DNA of 64,000 bases from Eledone cirrhosa (Eukaryota): NCBI GenBank assembly GCA_964016885.1, contig OZ024742.1, positions 63,240,001-63,304,000 on the forward strand, written 5' to 3'. Position 1 is the stretch's first letter. Every line of letters begins with the position of its first letter. Positions 57,499 to 64,000 of the stretch are shown one piece after another. The notes beneath the pieces are model-generated. The model searched no databases. It saw nothing but the letters and a program-made list of their open reading frames with translations, and had not been told where the DNA came from. The position numbers and the translations under genes were made by a program.

Positions 57499-58223
57499 CA
57501 TATTTGGGAAACCTTTAGTAATGAGGTAATTATATTGTATTGTTTAATATTAAATAAAGATAGAATTATACACAAACACACACACACACATATATATATA
57601 TATATGCACATGCATACATACATACATATATACATATATATATATGTGTGTATGTGGGGGGGGTGTATATACATATGTATGTTTGTGTGTATATTGTGTT
57701 GGTCTCCGCCATTTCCGAGGACGAGTGCTCCGGTTATTTTAATCAATGAAATTAACGTGACTAAACATTCCACAGCCACGTGCAGCTATTATGTAGGTCT
57801 CAAGGATATTCACCGTGAAACATGTCAACTAACTTTTGCTGAGTGGACTGGAGCAACGTGAAATAATTGTTTCTACTTTTGGCACAAGGCCAGCAAATTA
57901 TTCAGTACATTACTGGTACTTTATTTCATCGACCCCGTATGGTTGAAAGGCAAAGTTAACCTCGGCAGGACTTGAACTCGGGTGTCTTGTTCAAAGATAC
58001 AACATGCCGCCAGGTCTGTGAATTTAACCAACAATGTTATGATCACGAATTGAGTATCCTAACTACCCACGAAGCTACGCGCATTCACACACACACACAC
58101 ACACACACGCGCGCATATATTCGGAAGTAAGGTTTTTAATATACCCAACACGCGTAAAAATAAATGAAAAAGAAGTTGAAAATGCAATTGGAGTTATTAA
58201 CAAGGCTTATTTACAATAATTTA

Positions 58224-58265
58224 TAACTTTACCGGTTTCACAAGTTTCATGATTTTCAAAAGTTA
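58224..58265 (-). ncRNA. Hammerhead-like motif, U3-A8 core variant
   Basis: TAACTT-TTGAAAA-tCATGaaaCTTGt-GAA-ACCGGT-A-AAGTTA. Confidence 0.55.
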
Positions 58266-58624
58266 AGAGAGACGGAGAGATGTGTGGTTTTCCCGACTTG
58301 TAACTCACATCTAACTGATGTTGGGGATTTCTTTCAGTTTTATCCAAAAAGTGTGGCTCAGATTGCTTTATGTTTAGGTTGAAGAAGGTTAGGCGATTAA
58401 GCATAGAAATTTTTTCTTAATTTCTGGCCAAATATCGGGAGTGTCATGATTCCTTTAGTTTTATGCAGAAAAAGTGGTTTAAACTTAAAGTAAAATTTGA
58501 TTGGCTGAGGATGATCACGGGATTAAACGCCAAATTTTGTGGTTCATTCGCGCCAAAAAACGTGAGTGTCGAATTTTAATAAATATGGATAGTAGCAATT
58601 CATGCCTATTTTTCGTTTGTGTCA

Positions 58625-58955
58625 CTGCCTTATTTTATGGACTCACACACTCGACCAACTCAATGAATTCAAAATCCTAATTAACAGCATTAATAATAAC
58701 ATCCAATTCACAGTGGAATATAGTCAAAACCAACTTCTATTCAAGGACATTTCAATCATAAAAAAGATACAAATATTAAAATTGATATTCACCACAAACC
58801 AACAGATTTTAGATATTTACTATGCAGCTGAAGCCATCCGAAACACACGAAGACAAATATTCGAAGAGTCTGTACAACAGTCTCAAATAATGAAACTAGG
58901 AATTAAAACAACTCGAAGAACTCGAAGAACTAAAAGAAATTCCACTCGCTCTTTC
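58625..58955 (+). pseudogene. Degenerate PLE RT C-terminal fragment
   Basis: ILWTHTLDQLNEF…INSINNNIQFTVEYSQNQLLFKDI, then KPTD in a shifted frame. Confidence 0.72.
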
Positions 58956-58980
58956 TAAGCTATTATTTATAGGGATTGAC

Positions 58981-59169
58981 AGTATGGCGGTGGATTGGCA
59001 GTATCGGTAGAGAGTCGGACGCCATGCTTTCCAGCATAGTTACGTCCCTTTACGATCTGAGTTCAAATCCCGCCGAGGTTGACTTTGCCTTTCATCCTTA
59101 CGGGGTCGATAAAATAAAGTACCAGTAATGCACTGGGTAATTGCTGGCCTTGTGCCTAAAGTAGAAACA
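58981..59169 (+). mobile_element. tRNA-derived SINE (family A), full length with 19-bp target-site duplication
   Basis: A-box TGGCAGTATCGG, B-box GAGTTCAAATCC, core GCCTTTCATCCTTACGGGGTCGATAAAATAAAGTACCAG. ATTATTTATAGGGATTGAC at 58962-58980 and 59170-59188. Confidence 0.92.
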
Positions 59170-59191
59170 ATTATTTATAGGGATTGACTAT

Positions 59192-59696
59192 TATTATGAT
59201 TACTACATTTAGGATTCCTATATATTAAAGAATCGCTGGACAGATTTTACGGGCAAAACCAACCGGCAAGAGACCCGGGGGTAGACATTCATGAGCTTGG
59301 CTGGTCACTCTTGGGGATCCAGCCTGATCAGTTGGAGACGGTTGCTTCTGACAGGACTCCGAGCCAATGGCCAATCGACTGACAGCATTGGGATGACGCG
59401 TAGGGATTTCAATTGCTAATGTTTTACTGTTGGCTGTCACATTCAGTCATAGCCGGCACGGACTGGAATCGAATTCTGTCGATCGATTGGTTATTGACTA
59501 GCCGAAACCCGCTGATAAAGCCACATGCGCCGATTGTGCATTGTTGCATAATAAATGCAGACAGTAGATGCTGTGCACTCTATTGCTGCATTAAATGTAG
59601 CAGAAACTCGAGTTCGGTTATAGTTTGAAGGCACTCATTTACGTGTGTTGTGTTAAAGCGAATAACTATGTGTCTACTCTGGGAGTTTACTTAACA
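59192..59696 (+). mobile_element. Possible solo LTR
   Basis: Higher-GC block with CCAAT boxes, ATAAAT and ATTAAA, ending TTAACA. Left terminus and TSD are imperfect. Confidence 0.3.
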
Positions 59697-59760
59697 TTAT
59701 CTACTGAGTATGCTGAGATGCAACAGATACTAGCAGTGAAACCCATGCTAGTCTCGTCAA

Positions 59761-59794
<34 letters not shown>

Positions 59795-60839
59795 AGAATC
59801 TGAAAGAATCATCAACGTTGTTTGACTATGAAAAGTTGTCTTATAAGCTGGGTATATAAACCCAGACGACGGAAAAAAATTGTACAATACGTATTTTTTT
59901 ACTATGAAAAATAGTCTAACATAAAAGCCCCTGGGACGGAAAAAGTTGACAGCGTCGCCCGTGGGACTTGAACTAACATATGCCTTATGCCGGACAGCTA
60001 TGTTACTTGCTGCCCCAAAACGAGGCTGACGAAATTTTCCATTATTTTCATTCTCAATTTGTAGAAGAAAAAAAATGCGCGCGTTGCATTTCTAACTCTT
60101 GGTTGATTTTCAATAATTACATATCCACACAACGTTTCAAAAATTTAAGTATCATTTAAAAAAAAAAAGAAAAAATAGAAAAAAGTAGAAACAATTATTT
60201 ATATACATAAAGGGTGGTGGATTGGCAGTATCGGGAGACGGTCGGGCGCCATGCTTTGCAGCATAGAGTTACGGCCCTTTACGATCTGAGTTCAAATCCC
60301 GCCGAGGTTAAATTTGCCTTTCATCCTAACGGGATCGATAAAGTAAAGTACCAGTAATGCATTGGGATTATATAACTCAAAATCTGAGCACACGCGAAAG
60401 GGATAAATATTGGAAAACACGGAAAAATCCCTATATCATTGGATGTCTGCTGGAGATCACCACGATAACGGTGCATTAAGAACAGGATCGTTAACTTCAG
60501 TGCTCCAGGGATTACAACACAGGATGAAACGACAACATGCGGTAAAATACAATGCAGGGATTCTTTTTGACTAAGTTGACATATAAACAATGTAAAAAGT
60601 GTTCGTATACACACCAAAGTATTCCAAACTAAAAACACAGTGCAATGATAAGATAGAAGGAGTGTTCAACAATTTAGCGAGGAAGAAATGAAGGGGGGAA
60701 AAATTAAATATTTTCGGATGTTACTTCTGAAGACAAAGCAAAATGCGTAGTGGACACCGTGCTGTCCAGCAGTCTTCTGAGAATGAGTAGCGTGGAGTGA
60801 CGTGAGAGTTAAGAAGAAAAGGAGGGGGAGAGGATTGGA

Positions 60840-60914
<75 letters not shown>

Positions 60915-61774
60915 AAAAGAAAGAGAAGAAAAGAAAAGAAAGAAAAAAGGTTACTATCAATGTGTTTAGGGAAAATCTACGATAGGGTAAATGCCAAAGA
61001 TGATACCGAGACAACTTAGGACTAAGTAACCAATACTCGAAAGAACAGAGTTTGGAAACACTATGGCGAGAAGGATGCAGTGACTTAATGGTATCTGACG
61101 AAGAAATAGTACCAGCAATTATCAATGTCAACGAGGAAGGTTTCGAAGAGTTAATGTGGCTGCTGGAACTCTGTTGGTTCCGACGACGAGTGTTCTAGTT
61201 GATTCGTGAAATTAACGTGCAAATCGTTGAGATTCGGTGTGGCAGTTATTGATTCAGTTTACTCAGCTGGCAAAAATGAGTTGTACCTAAAATTCAAAAG
61301 GCAATTCTATCAGATAGAATTGCCTTTTGAATTTTAGGTACAACTCATTTTTGCCAGCTGAGTAAACTGAATCAATGTAAATTGAAGTATCAAGCTCAAA
61401 GACATAACGCCGGAAGTGGAAACCACGAATACTCTAACTACTAAATCGAGGAGTTAATAGTTTCATGGTAAACGTTTATCTACTAAAGAACTGTAGAAAT
61501 TAGTACTTCAAGGCATCCAAAATGAGCCTGAAGGCTAGAGCCAATAGATTACGGAAATGATGAACCAGTTAACTGAGAATAACCTTCATGGCAAAAAAAC
61601 ACAGACGGTTTTAGGTGAACTCTTCGAAAAGTAGCCGACATTCGTGAATGAACCACAACTAGCACTCCCATCTCAGATATAGACTCTTCCATCCTCCCCA
61701 CCCCATTTCAGTATAACCTCTTTTGTTCTATCACTCCCATCTCATATATATCTCTTTCCTCTGATACTTATTTT

Positions 61775-62500
61775 CGTGAAATGAATATACCTACACATAA
61801 GATCGCCAGAAACACACCTGAGAAGTTTAGTATACGGTCATCTGAAGAATTTCTAGCGATTTTAATAGGGACCACAGAAGCAGAAACAATACAAATTATA
61901 CTAGACAATCTAGCCAAACAACTAAGAATAAAGCCACTTACGGTACCAGCCAAATTATTGAAGAAATTATTAGTGACATAGACAGCGAATTGGCAGAATT
62001 GTTAGGGCGTAGAATAGAACGCTTTGTTGTATTTGTTACGCTTCTCTGTGGTCTGAGTTCAAATTCTGCCGAGGTCAATTTTGCCTTCCATTCCGAGCTC
62101 AATTAGAGAAATACTAGTTCAATATTGGGATCGATTCTTCCTCTATATTTCTTTCTCGCTTCCTTTCTCTCACTATCTCTCTCCTTCTCTGGAAGAAATC
62201 GGCTATGTTTAGATCTGAAGAGGGATGGGCTCCGCCAGGTTTAAAATGCTCAAAAAATGCCGTATCTCACTACGGTTCGCCTACAACCCCACCAGGAGTT
62301 ACGGATCAATCCATACATGAGTAGCATATATAAGAAAAGTAACTTTTCGATGCCAACAAAGCCACTTATTTAAACAAATATATGGAGTAACCATAGGTTT
62401 TCCCTTGGGCATTATGTTCGCAGAATTCTATCTAGCCTCACTAGATAACAAAGCAGTAATAAAACACAAGCAAATAGATGAATGATATACTAGGTATATG
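61775..62500 (+). pseudogene. Degenerate PLE RT fragments split by a SINE
   Basis: PTHKIAR…FSIRSSEEFL…ETIQIILDN, and at ~62370-62455 FKQIYGVTIGFPLGIMFAEFYL, resembling RT motif B (Q..GVAMGSPL). Confidence 0.6.
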
Positions 62501-62693
62501 TATGCATTAATTTATTCCTGTACTGATTTCAGTCATTACATTGTGGCCATGCTGGTACTTATTTCAGTCCGCTACTAATTTTATTAATCTCAACATATCG
62601 AGTGACTAGGTTAACCTTTAACGCAAAGGGACACAACTCGACACAAAGATTAAGCATACACTGACAACACTCATAGATATACCCCAACATACA

Positions 62694-63130
62694 TAAGAGA
62701 GTCGACTGAAAAGTTCATAGGCAGATCAAGATACTCTCATGGAACGACCAAATGAGGTTTACTTTTCAACATAGTCCCTGGAAAGAAATAATGCATTTAT
62801 TAATAAAGGTTTCTTATATAGGCACAAGGCCAGCAATTGTGAGGGAGGGGAAAGTCGATTAAATCGACCCCAGTGCGTGACAGGTACTTTATTTTATCAA
62901 CCCCGTAAGGATGAAAGGCAAAGTTAACCTAGGCGGGATTTGAACTCAGATCATAAAGGGCCGTAACTCTTTGCTGAAAAGCATGGCGTTCGACCCTCTA
63001 CCGATACTGCCAATCCACCGCCCTGATGCATTTATTAATAATAAGAGTTGAAATTAATGCATGCAAAATTTCACAGCTCTAGCATCATTCCTTCATAGTC
63101 AGTCCATAAACTTCTCAGCTGACCTGCATA
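62694..63130. mobile_element. Degenerate mariner-like MITE hosting a SINE
   Basis: Left TAAGAGAGTCGACTGAAAAGTTCATAGGC versus right reverse complement TATGCAGGTCAGCTGAGAAGTTTATGGAC. Confidence 0.5.
62807..63025 (-). mobile_element. SINE family A, full length with 16-bp target-site duplication
   Basis: Same boxes and core. ATGCATTTATTAATAA at 62791-62806 and 63026-63041. Confidence 0.9.
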
Positions 63131-64000
63131 CAAGCACGCTTACATAAAAACACACACACACACACACACACACACATATTAGTAGTACGGAAATTATTCA
63201 ATTTTCAACCTTTTTTGTCGATATCAACCATTTAGTAAAGGAAATCAACCAAGCGTCAGATCGAACCAAGAATAATATCATGTTCCTTGATATTTCCAGT
63301 GCCGGTCACAACTCCTGACAGAAGCGTCACCAACGTTTCCAATGGCAAGAGGTAAGATTCGACACTCTGAGTCGGAACAGCTATCGCAGAACATACCGTC
63401 GACCTATTTAACAATATCGCTAATTTGCCGACGCTGGACTGACCCTTTATCAAAACCTGTAAAGATGAAAGGCAAAATTGACTTTAGCGGGATTTGAACC
63501 AAGAACACAGAAAATCGCAACAAATACCAAGACGTTATATCCAGCAATCTAGCGACTTCACTAGATCGTTGTCATGTCGTGTCTCTTAAAAGCGAATTGG
63601 ATACATGTAGATTCATGACGACTTGTCGTCGTGTTCGACACGTCATTACTAACGCCATGTCTTAGAACACAGGTTCTCAAAGTGGGTGCTGCCCCCAACC
63701 CGGAGGCGTTGAGAAGATTAAGGGGATGCTGGAGCCTAAGGGGCAGTAGAGATGATGTAATAGCATATTAAATATCAAATTATACATATATATAAATACA
63801 ATAAAACAAGAAATATATAATACTTATTTATGTATAGTATATATTATATTATTTATTATAAATTAACAGTTTTATTTATTATATATCATTTACAATTTGC
63901 GTGTAGGCAGGTATCTTTGGAAATAGGGTTGGGGGCGCTGGGGGGTAATACGTGGTTGTGAGCCTCCCCCCCCCCCTCACAACCATGTACCAAAAAGTTT

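Noticed and set aside
58985-59075. tRNA gene
   Set aside because: A/B boxes are present but there is no cloverleaf. It continues into a SINE body with a TSD and has many copies.
63669-63960. hAT/Charlie-like terminus CAGGTTCTCAAAGTGGG
   Set aside because: No matching second TIR or 8-bp TSD is visible before the window ends.

Overview
AT-rich, microsatellite-saturated animal genomic DNA. An octopus/cephalopod source is my inference from repeat style and SINE families. I found no recognisable host gene: nearly all six-frame ORFs are translations of (TA)n, (CA)n, (CATA)n, (GA)n, (GGT/GTT)n or (CAA/CCA)n repeats. The real coding signal is retrotransposon debris: Penelope-like elements (PLEs; one near-intact RT + GIY-YIG copy at 8371-10394 with a single in-frame TAG), R4/Dong-type RLE LINEs in (CATA)n and (TAA)n, and RTE, CRE-like and Tx1-like fragments. 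Also present are tRNA-derived SINEs, a ~600-bp non-coding repeat sitting in (CATA)n, tandem Helitron-like elements and MITEs. The main hidden layer is about 20 type I hammerhead ribozyme motifs (intact to degenerate, several sequence families, both strands), with compensatory stem changes between copies. Most lie in short PLE-terminus modules in or beside (TA)n tracts, some as inverted pairs. Motifs were folded by eye and repeat boundaries are approximate.
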